Shown piece by piece: positions 9,501-19,349 of a DNA stretch of 64,000 bases (the first letter of the stretch is position 1; every line of letters begins with the position of its first letter). A model generated the notes under the pieces. That model saw only the letters and a list, made by a program, of their open reading frames with translations, did no database searches and was not told where the DNA came from. Origin of the DNA: an uncultured Candidatus Saccharibacteria bacterium (GTDB taxonomy: Bacteria > Patescibacteriota > Saccharimonadia > Saccharimonadales > Saccharimonadaceae). The position numbers were made by a program, and so were the translations under genes. The stretch lies in assembly GCA_963553885.1 (NCBI GenBank), contig CAUVOY010000004.1, forward strand, positions 1,683 through 65,682, in the 5' to 3' direction.

Positions 9501-10982
9501 TTATTTTTTACGCAGCTTCGACAGCAACCGCCGTTTTTTCGTTTTACCGTGGCCATTAACCAGCTCGTCCGGATCGAAATCGTCGTACGTAACCATCAAA
9601 GCTCGCGAGTTAATCTGACGCAATGTCTCTAGACCAACCGACACAACGATCAAAACTCCAGTACCGCCAATTGACAACCGCAGCCCCTTCAGTCCCGTCA
9701 AGTGATACGTCAAATACTCAGCGATGAACGGCAAAATTGCCACAATACCCAGCACGATCGACCCGAACAAAATCAGGCGATTAACCGTACGCATCAAACA
9801 CTTTTCTGTTTGAACACCCGGGCGTATACCTTCGATGAAGCCTCCCTGCTTCTGCAAATTCTCAGCAATTTCATTAGCATTAAAGACAATTCCTGTGTAA
9901 AAATACGTAAACGCGATAACTAGCAAGAAGTACAGCGTCGGATAAATGAAAGCTTCGGCAGTAGCGCCAGTAAACGAACCAGCATTCGGCGCTTGAAACC
10001 AAGTGATAAGCTTATTAGCAGTCGGCAGCAAGTCAGGATTATTAGACGCCTTCATAACCTGACCGATAAACTGCGGCAAACTAAGGAATGAAACTGCAAA
10101 GATAACTGGAATAACCCCGGCTGCAATCAGCTTAACCGGCAAAATACTCTTAACATCGCCATAGTTACTATTGCCGTGGACGCGCTTAGCATAATTAATT
10201 GTAATAACGCGCTGTGCTTCATTAATTTTAACCAGAAAGTACAGGACGATCAATCCGGCAATCGCCATTGCTAATACTGTCCAGAACATCACCGGATTAA
10301 CTGGTATCGTAAACCAATTAAAGAAATTCAGGCTGCCAGACGAGGTATCGGTTAGAGAAGAAATAATCGTTGCAGCCATTTGCGGCATCTGGCTAATAAT
10401 ACCAGCAAAAATCACAATAGAAATACCATTGCCAATTCCCTGCTCAGTAATCAATTCGCCAAGCCACATAAGCAGCACCGAGCCGGCAGTCATGGCAGTC
10501 ACCGACACAATCCACTCCATGGCAGTTGGATCGCCTAAAGTCGTCGTACCGCCCTGAAGGACAGTTTGGCGCAAAATAAATATAAAAGCGATTGACTGAA
10601 CAATAGCCAGCGGTACGGTAATAACACGCGTCCACTGTTGAATCTTACGGCGTCCTGACTCGCCATCTTTATGAAGCTCCTCTAGCTTTGGAATAGCTTT
10701 AGTTAACAACTGGATAATGATACTAGCGGTAATGAATGGACTAAGTCCGACCAGCACTAAAGAAAAACTTGACAAAGCACCGCCAGAAAGCAGGTTCAAA
10801 ATACCGCCCAAATCACTCTGGCCCAGCACCGAAGAAATTGCACTTCGCAGCTGAGTTGGCTCAGCCAATGGCACTGGAATATGCGCCAGTAACCGGTATA
10901 CCACAATAATCCCGGTAACAATCAACAACCGTTTTTGCATATCTTTGTTTTTCAACGAGCGGAAAATTATTCTCCAATCCAT
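9501..10982 (-). CDS. secY: Preprotein translocase SecY
   Basis: Multi-TM; PFITASII, GIGNGIS, AENLQKQGGFIEGIRPG. Confidence 0.97.
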   Translation of the reverse strand: MDWRIIFRSLKNKDMQKRLLIVTGIIVVYRLLAHIPVPLAEPTQLRSAISSVLGQSDLGGILNLLSGGALSSFSLVLVGLSPFITASIIIQLLTKAIPKLEELHKDGESGRRKIQQWTRVITVPLAIVQSIAFIFILRQTVLQGGTTTLGDPTAMEWIVSVTAMTAGSVLLMWLGELITEQGIGNGISIVIFAGIISQMPQMAATIISSLTDTSSGSLNFFNWFTIPVNPVMFWTVLAMAIAGLIVLYFLVKINEAQRVITINYAKRVHGNSNYGDVKSILPVKLIAAGVIPVIFAVSFLSLPQFIGQVMKASNNPDLLPTANKLITWFQAPNAGSFTGATAEAFIYPTLYFLLVIAFTYFYTGIVFNANEIAENLQKQGGFIEGIRPGVQTEKCLMRTVNRLILFGSIVLGIVAILPFIAEYLTYHLTGLKGLRLSIGGTGVLIVVSVGLETLRQINSRALMVTYDDFDPDELVNGHGKTKKRRLLSKLRKK

Positions 10983-11061
10983 ATATTCTTAGCCCCTCTA
11001 GCCACTAACTTCATTAACTATTCCAGTATACATTATTTGACCAGATATTGCCAGATTTTAT

Positions 11062-12120
11062 CTACTGGTCAACTTCGTCAATACTCCAACCCCAAGCGTT
11101 GCAATCGCCCACCGCCCTAGCTTTCGCACCTCTTTCATAAGCCAGCTGTAACGCCCGAATTGAACCATGCGTCGACGGTTCTAAACCTTTGGTTGGTCTT
11201 ACCAAATACTGCTTTAATGACGGCGTATTAGCAAGCATAGCATACGACATCGTGTCAGCAAACAACTCAGAACGGCGAGTTTCGCGCTCTTTAACCGCGT
11301 CTTGGCTGTCCGGTTGATTTGGCCAATATTTATACATTTCAAAAATCATCAAGTTAATATTGATCGGAAAACCCATTCTCATAGCAATATGATGCGCGTA
11401 TTCGTGGAATAAAACCGTCAAATCGCTTTCAATATCCCCTGTATAACCGGCAACAATATATATCGTTTCCTCTTTTCGGCAATAGAAACCGGATATTTCA
11501 ACCCCGCTTGTTTTATTGCCGTCGCTAATACAAGTTGATCCGCTATTTTCAAGAGAATCGACAACTTTTACGACAGTACCCTGGAAATCAAGCGAATCCT
11601 TATTTGGATAGGCATTGTCAAATAGCGGTTTCCATGTTTTATTCAGACATTCAACCCACGCATCATACCAAGATTTTTTGTCTGATTGATGCAGCGATTC
11701 GCTTGGCGCGCACGAGGTAAAATCTGGGATATTAATATTAAAGACAGCTTCTTTGCTAATTTCATCGTACACATCGGACTCTTTGCAAAAATTCCGCTTA
11801 AAGATAGAATGTTCGGACGGAGCGGCATTCTCGCACTTCTTACTTTCTTTATCAAAATGATTAAGTACTATGCCTCCAATAATCAAAGCAAAGCCCACTA
11901 TGAACGCAAAGATTATAGCAATCATAGGTGATTTGCTAGCAGGAGGACGCGGCACTACTGGCGGAGTGGGTGGTACCGTTGGAATATTCGGCGGCGTTTG
12001 GCTTTGATTATAATTATTAGCATTAGGCGCACCTGGATACTGCACCCCCGGAGCAACCGGTGGCGGAGTATAGCCGGCTTGCGGTATATCCGGAGCTTGC
12101 GATTTATCGTCGTTATTCAT
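11062..12120 (-). CDS. Membrane-anchored neutral zinc metallopeptidase-like protein
   Basis: Pro-rich N-terminus, one TM, FYC motif, HEYAHH zincin motif, ELFAD, THGS. Confidence 0.75.
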   Translation of the reverse strand: MNNDDKSQAPDIPQAGYTPPPVAPGVQYPGAPNANNYNQSQTPPNIPTVPPTPPVVPRPPASKSPMIAIIFAFIVGFALIIGGIVLNHFDKESKKCENAAPSEHSIFKRNFCKESDVYDEISKEAVFNINIPDFTSCAPSESLHQSDKKSWYDAWVECLNKTWKPLFDNAYPNKDSLDFQGTVVKVVDSLENSGSTCISDGNKTSGVEISGFYCRKEETIYIVAGYTGDIESDLTVLFHEYAHHIAMRMGFPININLMIFEMYKYWPNQPDSQDAVKERETRRSELFADTMSYAMLANTPSLKQYLVRPTKGLEPSTHGSIRALQLAYERGAKARAVGDCNAWGWSIDEVDQ

Positions 12121-12174
12121 GCTATTGATTATAATCTATATAGCTAAATTTTAGCAATTAAAATAACACTATAA

Positions 12175-12207
12175 AAGCGCCCCCGCTTATACGCAAGGGG
12201 CGCTTTC
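12175..12207 (-). terminator. Intrinsic terminator after rplO
   Basis: AAAGCGCCCC...GGGGCGCTTT inverted repeat. Confidence 0.7.
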
Positions 12208-12226
12208 TTTAGGTTTTGCTTGAAAA

Positions 12227-12721
12227 TTATTTTTCCTGGCTAGCCTTTTCGTCTTCCTCGATATCCTTCATACTCTGGCGTAAGGGTACAGCGACTTTCT
12301 CAAATGAGCCGCCGGCTTTTTCAATCGCTGTAACGACTGAAGCGGAAGCAGCTTGTACTTTCAAGTCAACCTTAGCTTTCAATTCACCGCGGGCGATCAC
12401 CTTGACCGTGTGGAACGGCGTGGCGATGTAGCCTTCGGTAAACAGCACTGCATTGTCAACGGTTTTGCCGTCAAAGGCATTCAAGTGATCCAAGTAGACG
12501 ACCTGCGCTGGCGTGCGCAAGCTCTTGAAACCGCGAGCTTTTGGCACAGCCTGAGCCAATGGACGCTGACCACCCTGGAACATGGCGCGAAGCTTTTTAC
12601 CAGTGCGGGCGTTCTGACCTTTGGTACCACGACCAGCAGTTTTACCCTGGCCAGCAGCGATACCGCGACCAACGCGCTTTTTATTCTTGTTTGTTGAAAC
12701 TTGGAGATCGTTGTATTTCAT
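12227..12721 (-). CDS. rplO: 50S ribosomal protein L15
   Basis: RVGRGIAAGQGKTAGRGTKGQNAR. Confidence 0.98.
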   Translation of the reverse strand: MKYNDLQVSTNKNKKRVGRGIAAGQGKTAGRGTKGQNARTGKKLRAMFQGGQRPLAQAVPKARGFKSLRTPAQVVYLDHLNAFDGKTVDNAVLFTEGYIATPFHTVKVIARGELKAKVDLKVQAASASVVTAIEKAGGSFEKVAVPLRQSMKDIEEDEKASQEK

Positions 12722-13311
12722 TACTTAGCCTCCTTTTTAGCAGTCTTTTTGACTGGCTGAACGCTCAGCCACTGTTCGCGCGGAACCAGTGATTTCAATG
12801 CTTCAATGGTTGCGTAAGCGATGTTCACCTTGTTAGTTGAACCAAGCGACTTGGTGAGCAGGTTGCGAACACCAGTTACACCGATGATCTGTCGCACCAC
12901 GCCACCAGCGATGATACCAGTACCAGGAGCAGCCGGCTTGATCAGCACGCGGGCGCCTGAGAACTTGACTTCGCTGTCGTGTGGGATGGTTTCGCCGCTG
13001 AGCGGCAAAATGATCAAGTGCTTCTTAGCAACTGAGGTTGCCTTAGCAACAGCAGCCTGCACGTCTGCACCTTTGGCCACACCAACACCAACCTTGTCCT
13101 TGCGGTTGCCGACAACCACCAACGCCTTAAAGCGGAAGCGGCGGCCACCTTTCACCACGCGGCTGACGCGGTCAATGTTGATGACCAATTCTTCAAACTC
13201 TTTTGGTGCGTCATCGCGCACATTTCGCCGGTCATCGCGGCGACCACCACGCGGACTGCGAGGCCGGCGGCCTTCTGCGCGTGGGGTAGTATTTGCAGCT
13301 TGCTCTGCCAT
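12721..13311 (-). CDS. rpsE: 30S ribosomal protein S5
   Basis: RVSRVVKGGRRFRF, PAAPGTGIIAGG. Confidence 0.98.
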   Translation of the reverse strand: MAEQAANTTPRAEGRRPRSPRGGRRDDRRNVRDDAPKEFEELVINIDRVSRVVKGGRRFRFKALVVVGNRKDKVGVGVAKGADVQAAVAKATSVAKKHLIILPLSGETIPHDSEVKFSGARVLIKPAAPGTGIIAGGVVRQIIGVTGVRNLLTKSLGSTNKVNIAYATIEALKSLVPREQWLSVQPVKKTAKKEAK

Positions 13312-13312
13312 A

Positions 13313-13663
13313 CTAGAACTCCAATCCTTCTTGGCGCGCAGCGTCAGCCAATGCCTTCAAGCGACCAGCGTACTGGCGGCCATTGCGGTCAAAGACCACT
13401 GCGCTAATTTTACTCTTCTTTGCTTTCTTGGCAATTTCGGTGCCGACAGTAGCACATTTTTCGCTCATCGTACCTTTTGCTTTGGTGCCGACAGTGGTTG
13501 CGGCAGCCAATGTTTTGCCAGCAACGTCGTCGATCAGCTGAGCACTGACGTGCAGGTTGCTGATGGTGACGGTTAGGCGTGGGCGCTCTGCAGTACCTGA
13601 AACTTTCGCGCGAACGCGGTTTTTGCGAAGAGCTTGGTTGAGTAATTTCTTGTTTTCAGCCAT
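13313..13663 (-). CDS. rplR: 50S ribosomal protein L18
   Basis: GTAERPRL, VFDRNGRQYAGR. Confidence 0.98.
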   Translation of the reverse strand: MAENKKLLNQALRKNRVRAKVSGTAERPRLTVTISNLHVSAQLIDDVAGKTLAAATTVGTKAKGTMSEKCATVGTEIAKKAKKSKISAVVFDRNGRQYAGRLKALADAARQEGLEF

Positions 13664-13665
13664 GA

Positions 13666-14205
13666 TTACTTACCTGTCTTTCCTGCTTTGCGCAAAATTT
13701 GCTCGTCAGCATACTTAATACCCTTGCCCTTGTATGGTTCAGGCTTCTTCAGCGCGCGGATTTCCGCAGCGACTTGGCCGACTTGCTGTTTATTGATACC
13801 GCTGACGATGATGGTCATCTTTTCGTTGGTAACGGTGATGCCCTCTGGGGCTTTGTATTTGACTGGGTGTGAAAACCCGAGCGCCATTTCCAGCTCATTG
13901 TTACTGGAACTTACGCGGAAACCGACACCATTGACCTCCAGACGCTTCTCGTAGCCCTTGGTAACGCCGATTACCATGTTGTTGATCAGCGCGCGCATCA
14001 GACCGTGCTGGGCGCGAGCAGTTTTGGACTCATCTTTCGGATGAACCGTGACTTGTCCGTCTTCGACTTTCACCTCAACTGCTGGCGTGATGAATTGCGT
14101 CAATTCACCTTTCGGGCCCTTTACGACCACATCACCAGAGTCAACCGTGATTGTCACACCGGCCGGAATAACCACCGGCAGTTTTCCGATTCGACTCAGA
14201 CTCAT
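13666..14205 (-). CDS. rplF: 50S ribosomal protein L6
   Basis: SRIGKLPV, PEPYKGKGI. Confidence 0.98.
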   Translation of the reverse strand: MSLSRIGKLPVVIPAGVTITVDSGDVVVKGPKGELTQFITPAVEVKVEDGQVTVHPKDESKTARAQHGLMRALINNMVIGVTKGYEKRLEVNGVGFRVSSSNNELEMALGFSHPVKYKAPEGITVTNEKMTIIVSGINKQQVGQVAAEIRALKKPEPYKGKGIKYADEQILRKAGKTGK

Positions 14206-14265
14206 TACTCACCTTTCGTGTGATTTGATATTAACCCTGGTATTTTAGCATAGATTAGGGGTGAA

Positions 14266-14892
14266 ATGCAAATCCATGATATATTCATTTTAGTGAATAC
14301 ACCTAATCTTATTCTCATTCCCGGCTTAGAGGATCGCAAGTGGTTATATCAGCTGGTTTGTCCTTTTTGGCGAGCGCGCGGTTTTTGCCCGCATGTTTTC
14401 GCGTTCGGCTGGGAGGATACAGCGAATGACTACCATAAGAAGCAAAACCGTTTGCATGATTATATCCGTAATCTGGAGGGAGATGTGTATCTTATCGGGG
14501 CGAGCGCGGGCGGTGTAGCAGTATTGAACGCCCTGGCGATGGATAGTAGCGACAGAATCAAAGCTGTTGCCACAATTGCTACGCCGTATGTTTATCGGCA
14601 GCGGCTAAAAAACGAGACGCTTGCCCGAGCGATTAGCGAATTAGCCAGCAATCTGCCTAGCATGCAAGCAAAATTTACGCGCATCACCTCCTTTTACAGC
14701 ATCCACGACCAAGTTGTACCGCCAACTGATAGTCGACTAAATAACCGCTACATGAAGAATTCAAACAATAGTAAAATTGCGAACATTAGTTATCAGCAAT
14801 TACCGACCTTTGGTCACGGGCTAACGATTGCAGCGGGATTGACAGTATTTGGCGAGCGTATAGCGGCTAGCCTGACTTCGCCGCCTCAATAA
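14266..14892 (+). CDS. Alpha/beta-fold hydrolase
   Basis: GASAGG nucleophile elbow, DQVVP and GH catalytic-type motifs. Confidence 0.75.
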   Translation: MQIHDIFILVNTPNLILIPGLEDRKWLYQLVCPFWRARGFCPHVFAFGWEDTANDYHKKQNRLHDYIRNLEGDVYLIGASAGGVAVLNALAMDSSDRIKAVATIATPYVYRQRLKNETLARAISELASNLPSMQAKFTRITSFYSIHDQVVPPTDSRLNNRYMKNSNNSKIANISYQQLPTFGHGLTIAAGLTVFGERIAASLTSPPQ

Positions 14893-15136
14893 TCCGCAAA
14901 GTTTTCCGATATATCACATCCATATCCTTCTCAACCGCACGCCTATCATCATCGCTATCTTTAGGAAAAGCTATCATATCGAACAGTGCCGCCAAATCAT
15001 CCCAATCAACCGGCAGATAGTCAACTTTATCACGATCAGTCAGCCGCGCCATCAGCGAACATGGCGGCTCAAGCTTGAGTTCTGCGCAAAAGATTGCGGC
15101 AATCGTATGCTGACAATATCGCCTGGTAGCAAGCAT
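14867..15136 (-). CDS. Hypothetical protein, probably a gene fragment downstream of tRNA-Glu
   Basis: 89-aa ORF with a CQH motif near its start and no clear promoter or start context. Confidence 0.3.
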   Translation of the reverse strand: MLATRRYCQHTIAAIFCAELKLEPPCSLMARLTDRDKVDYLPVDWDDLAALFDMIAFPKDSDDDRRAVEKDMDVIYRKTLRIIEAAKSG

Positions 15137-15187
15137 TGCCGATGTTGGATAACTTACAGTGAAAGTCGGCTAATTTATATGGACATT

Positions 15188-15214
15188 AAAAAATTCATCA
15201 TAGACTGATGAATT
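15188..15214 (-). terminator. Terminator after tRNA-Glu
   Basis: AATTCATCA-tagac-TGATGAATT hairpin with a U-tract on the minus strand. Confidence 0.65.
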
Positions 15215-15220
15215 ATTCTA

Positions 15221-15295
15221 TGGTGACCTTACCGGGAATCGAACCCGGATTGCCAGGATGAAAACCTGGTGTCCTAACCGTTAGACGATAAGGCC
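15221..15295 (-). tRNA. tRNA-Glu(TTC)
   Basis: GGCCTTATCGTCTAACGGTTAGGACACCAGGTTTTCATCCTGG...GGTTCGATTCC...CCA. Confidence 0.96.
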
Positions 15296-15395
15296 TCAAC
15301 GCCAGTTATTATAGCAGAAACCTATTCCTGTGTCTATACACATATTTTTTACAACATAATAAGTATCGAGAGAATGCGAGGTTGGTGCGTACTAT

Positions 15396-15425
15396 TTGAC
15401 AAAACAGTAAAGCTTATGCTATAAT
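15396..15425 (+). promoter_or_regulatory. Sigma70 promoter of the LOG gene
   Basis: TTGACA-18-TATAAT with extended TG. Confidence 0.75.
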
Positions 15426-15459
15426 TAGAAGAGTTATATCATAAAACAAAAGGATAATC

Positions 15460-16146
15460 ATGACCACAAAAAATTTTTGCGTTCCGCGCGATGTGCAGCT
15501 GCAGGCTGCGATGTTCCGCCTCGGTAAGATGGAAGATGAAATCCAGAGCGGCTACGAAATTCTTCGGAAATATCAGAAAACGGTAACTATCTTTGGCTCA
15601 GCACGCACCGACCCGAATAGCGCCTATTACCATGCCGCGAAAGAAACGGCTGAACGGCTAGCCAAACTCGGCTATGCCATCGTTTCCGGCGGCGGGCACG
15701 GCATTATGGGCGCTGCCAATGAAGGTGCTAACAAGGCTGTCCAAGAGGGTGCGCGGGCTGCTGGCGGCGAGTCGATCGCTTTCAACATTCGCCTGCCGCA
15801 CGAACAGGAAGTCAATAAATACGCCACCGAGGTGTTTGAGTTTCAGCACTTTGCGCCGCGAAAGATCGTCATGACTATGTTTGCTAATGCCTATATTTAT
15901 TTCCCGGGCGGCTTCGGTACATTGGACGAGCTGGCGGAGATATTGACGCTAATCCAGACTGAAAAAGCCAACCGCGCGCCAGTTATTCTGTTTGACACAG
16001 CGTTTTGGAGCGATTTGGACGCCTTTTTCCGCAACCATATGCTGGCCGAGGGAGCTATCGTCGAGAAAGACCTGGATATTTATACCATCACCGACAGTGT
16101 CGATGAGATCATTGAGCTGGTACAAGCAAATAAGACGTATTGCTGA
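15460..16146 (+). CDS. LOG-family (Rossmann-fold nucleotide phosphoribohydrolase) protein
   Basis: FGSART, GGGHGIMGAAN, PGGFGTLDE. Confidence 0.92.
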   Translation: MTTKNFCVPRDVQLQAAMFRLGKMEDEIQSGYEILRKYQKTVTIFGSARTDPNSAYYHAAKETAERLAKLGYAIVSGGGHGIMGAANEGANKAVQEGARAAGGESIAFNIRLPHEQEVNKYATEVFEFQHFAPRKIVMTMFANAYIYFPGGFGTLDELAEILTLIQTEKANRAPVILFDTAFWSDLDAFFRNHMLAEGAIVEKDLDIYTITDSVDEIIELVQANKTYC

Positions 16147-16204
16147 CCAGACTTCGTATTAGTTTACCCGATTACTCTTAGCTTTCAAGATTTTTAGACA
16201 ATTA

Positions 16205-16843
16205 TTAGAGACTTTCAAGTTTTGCTGGGTTTTTGTTAGATTTTTTACTGCCAGATTTTTTAGGTTTTGCAGGCACATCAGCCGACTTGTGGCTTTTTGA
16301 TTTAGCATTAGCTACCGGCAACTGAAACGGGGATTCTGACCTGACTGGCTCGCCAACAGCCGAAGCAATATAACAAATCCCGCCCTCGCAGACGACACGT
16401 TCGACAGTTGAATTGTGGGTTTTCGGATGATCTTTATAACGGCGAGCAATTTCAAAGCCCAAACCCCTTCTCCCTCGAGACGTTTGGTGCTGTCCAAGCG
16501 GTAATTGATGATGGTAATTATCAATGACATCAACCGGATGAAACGAAATAACTTGCCCGTCGATATCCAGCAGCACCCAATCAGACGCCTTAAACGGCGC
16601 CCAATTTTCTGCCCGCGGGGCGATTGCTTGCAACGCCTGGTAAATTTCCTCGGCGGTAGTATCGCCAGGATCAAGGCCAAGCGAGCGAATGATCGAATGC
16701 GCCCGCGCTAAAATTTCTGCGATCAACCGCACATCGCTATCGTCGCGCGTCATTCGCTGCAACTCGTTTAACGCTAATCGCTGCTTACTGTCATCACCCA
16801 AAAGCCTGCTTAAACTTCGCGGCATTTCAAACCTCCTTTTCAT
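16205..16843 (-). CDS. Hypothetical protein
   Basis: Long ORF overlapping the end of pfkB; no recognised motif. Confidence 0.7.
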   Translation of the reverse strand: MKRRFEMPRSLSRLLGDDSKQRLALNELQRMTRDDSDVRLIAEILARAHSIIRSLGLDPGDTTAEEIYQALQAIAPRAENWAPFKASDWVLLDIDGQVISFHPVDVIDNYHHQLPLGQHQTSRGRRGLGFEIARRYKDHPKTHNSTVERVVCEGGICYIASAVGEPVRSESPFQLPVANAKSKSHKSADVPAKPKKSGSKKSNKNPAKLESL

Positions 16844-17789
16844 GAATTGGCATAGCGTGGAGCGGCACTCCTTTTTGTAAAATTCCAGTTTTAGCGCCGA
16901 TGTTCATCACCACCGAACTGGCGTTAGCGCTGGCGAAAATAACTGCATTTTTCAAATTGCTATCTTCCGCCCAAGCACTTAAAAATCCAGACGCAAAAGC
17001 ATCGCCGGCGCCAGTTCTGTCAATCGACGGCCGATCATCATACATACCAGCGCGAACAATTGTCCTGCCGTCGCTGGCGATAGAGCCGTTCACCCCGTCG
17101 GTTATCAGCACAACCGGTACTAAATTCAGGGCATTGCGCGCCAAAGATTCCAAATCATCACCGGACACCAATAGCTGCATTTCCTCGCGGTTCACAGTTA
17201 AGATCTCGACGTCCTGCAGTAAGCCAATCAACTTGTCTTTTTGGGCTAATTCCTTTTTACCTGGATTAAAGCAAATCTTAATCCCCTGGTCTCTGGCCTG
17301 GCGGAATAACTTGTTTAGCACGTCCATGTTTCCCGACAAGGTAGAAACGTACAGCCAGTCGGCTTTTTGATCGCTGATATCAAAATCCGCTGGATGATAA
17401 TGCGTCGATGCGCCGCGATAAGTTAAAATCGTCCTTTCGCCGTTTGGTGCTAATAGCAGCACCGAGTAGCCGGTACTGTACTTTAATGAATATTTTACCA
17501 ATTGCGTACCGACGCCTTCTTTGTCTAGATCGTCCAGTACCGCCTGTCCAGCCGGATCCTTGCCAATAATACCCATGAATAATGCCTGATGCCCTTGGCG
17601 CGCAAATGTCACTGCTGCATTAGTAGCGCCGCCACCTGTAGCGAAATGAATCTGGTTAACATCGGCTTTCGCCCCCAAATCCAACCGGGCAAAACAATGC
17701 TCTGGACTTTCGCACACTGGTTTTAGCGCATCCGACTGGCTTAAAAAAACATCCTGCACGCCTGCACCGACAGTAATAATTTTCGCCAT
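16827..17789 (-). CDS. PfkB-family carbohydrate kinase
   Basis: GGGATNAA, DRTGAGDAF. Confidence 0.93.
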   Translation of the reverse strand: MAKIITVGAGVQDVFLSQSDALKPVCESPEHCFARLDLGAKADVNQIHFATGGGATNAAVTFARQGHQALFMGIIGKDPAGQAVLDDLDKEGVGTQLVKYSLKYSTGYSVLLLAPNGERTILTYRGASTHYHPADFDISDQKADWLYVSTLSGNMDVLNKLFRQARDQGIKICFNPGKKELAQKDKLIGLLQDVEILTVNREEMQLLVSGDDLESLARNALNLVPVVLITDGVNGSIASDGRTIVRAGMYDDRPSIDRTGAGDAFASGFLSAWAEDSNLKNAVIFASANASSVVMNIGAKTGILQKGVPLHAMPIHEKEV

Positions 17790-18700
17790 TACACCACCGC
17801 CTTTCCCGCCGAACCGAAGGCCTGAATTTTTTCCTCAATTACCTCCTGAACAGCAGCATATACCGGCGGCATCAGCTTGACGATGGCGTATTCATTCGGA
17901 TTTTCACGCAAGGTCTTTTCCAGCGTCGTGCGAAAGGCGTAGCGCATATCGGAATTGATGTTAATTTTAGAAACGCCAATTTTCGCCGCATCCTTAAAAT
18001 AATGCAGCGGCGTACCTGACCCGCCATGAAGCGAAATCTGGCAGTGCAGCGCTTCGCGGATGCGCCCTAATAATTCCAAATCCAGTACTTTCGGTACCGG
18101 ATACAGCCCATGCAAATTACCAATCGCCGCCGCAAATGTGTCAATTCCCGTCGCCTCTACGAAATCACGCGCGCCTTCTGGCGTGGAAAAGGTTTTCTTA
18201 ATTTCTTCATAGTCAATCGCCTCGGTATGGACATTTGACGAACCCCAAAAATAATGCGGCTCAGCTTCCACCAGCGCGCCGGTAAACTTGGCGTACTCGA
18301 CAACTTCGCGAGTTTTGGCGATGATTTCCTCATCCGAGGCATCGTGATTTGCCTGGGAAATATCAATATGCACAAACTCATAACCCGCGTCAATGGCTCG
18401 TTTGCAGCCCTCAACCGTCGGCCCGTGATCCAGATTGAGATACATCTCGATGCCGTATTCAGCTTTATAATTATCCACCAAATCGCGCACGTTCTCCAGC
18501 CCCATGGCCTTAACCTCGGCGTCTGATACTTCCACCAGCACTGGCGATTGGAGCTTCTGCGCCGCCCGCGCCACCGCGATCAGCGTTTCTTGATTATCAA
18601 TATTAAACGCCCCGACCGCAAAGTGCTGCGCCCGTGTCCGCTGCATCAAATGGCGCGCATGCGTGGTATTGCGCCGAATGTCAGAAATTGTCAGTCCCAT
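17789..18700 (-). CDS. fba: Class II fructose-bisphosphate aldolase
   Basis: GAFN, LDHG, GNLHG, LHGGSG, KININSD. Confidence 0.93.
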   Translation of the reverse strand: MGLTISDIRRNTTHARHLMQRTRAQHFAVGAFNIDNQETLIAVARAAQKLQSPVLVEVSDAEVKAMGLENVRDLVDNYKAEYGIEMYLNLDHGPTVEGCKRAIDAGYEFVHIDISQANHDASDEEIIAKTREVVEYAKFTGALVEAEPHYFWGSSNVHTEAIDYEEIKKTFSTPEGARDFVEATGIDTFAAAIGNLHGLYPVPKVLDLELLGRIREALHCQISLHGGSGTPLHYFKDAAKIGVSKININSDMRYAFRTTLEKTLRENPNEYAIVKLMPPVYAAVQEVIEEKIQAFGSAGKAVV

Positions 18701-18843
18701 ATACCCTTTTACCTCTTATACTACTTATGTTTAAGTATAGCAGCGGCGGCGGAAAATGAAAAGAGGCGGATTTTGGCAAATAATTTTTAGCGAATTTTAC
18801 AGGGGTGGGTGATTTGACTTTTGGAGAAAATGCGATGAAAGTG

Positions 18844-18872
18844 TTGACTTTTCTGTTCCGGTATGATATATA
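18844..18872 (+). promoter_or_regulatory. Sigma70 promoter of cassette 1
   Basis: TTGACT-17-TATATA with extended TG. Confidence 0.7.
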
Positions 18873-18949
18873 TATCAGCTTTCGCCAAGCTACGTCTAGG
18901 GCGAAAGTCGCCCTTAGCTTGAGTGGAAGAAGGAAGGAGGATGGTTACC

Positions 18950-19204
18950 ATGAACACCGTCCTTGCCATTGTCTTCATCTCTCTCTTTATCATTGCTCCC
19001 CTGACGATGGTCTTCGCCATCGCCTGTAACAGTAACCTCGCCAAGGCTGCTGCCATCATTCTGACAGTCGTCATCCATGTTGCTTTCTGGGTGGCTTTCA
19101 AAGAGAGCCTTGAGAGTTATGAGGTCATCTTCACATTCGCAGGGCTGTATGAGACTGTCCCGCTAGCCGGTGCGTACTACATCATCTGCGAGATCATCAA
19201 TTGA
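18950..19204 (+). CDS. Small hydrophobic membrane protein (84 aa), cassette 1
   Basis: AGGAGG SD at 18935-18940; 2-3 hydrophobic segments. Confidence 0.75.
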   Translation: MNTVLAIVFISLFIIAPLTMVFAIACNSNLAKAAAIILTVVIHVAFWVAFKESLESYEVIFTFAGLYETVPLAGAYYIICEIIN

Positions 19205-19212
19205 CACTCAAC

Positions 19213-19329
19213 GCGGGCTTAACGCCCGCTGAACTACTCGCCAACCTCTCACTCCGGTTGAGATATCTTTCTTTGATATTTCCCGGGTTGAGACCCGGTT
19301 CGGCTTGAGATGTTCGGCGGGCTAGTTCA
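19213..19329 (+). other. Structured 3' RNA domain of cassette 1
   Basis: GCGGGC/GCCCGC hairpin, then TGAACTA...TAGTTCA closing stem enclosing GAGATATC/GATATTTC and CCGGGT/ACCCGG hairpins. Confidence 0.6.
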
Positions 19330-19349
19330 CTGGAATTATTTACCACGTT

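Noticed and set aside
12821..13576. Long antisense ORFs over ribosomal and other housekeeping genes (also 45259-45951, 36994-37614)
   Set aside because: Shadow frames of well-supported genes on the opposite strand.
14867..15170. Possible frameshifted SWIM zinc-finger gene
   Set aside because: Only the CQH half-motif is in frame; reconstruction needs unsupported indels.
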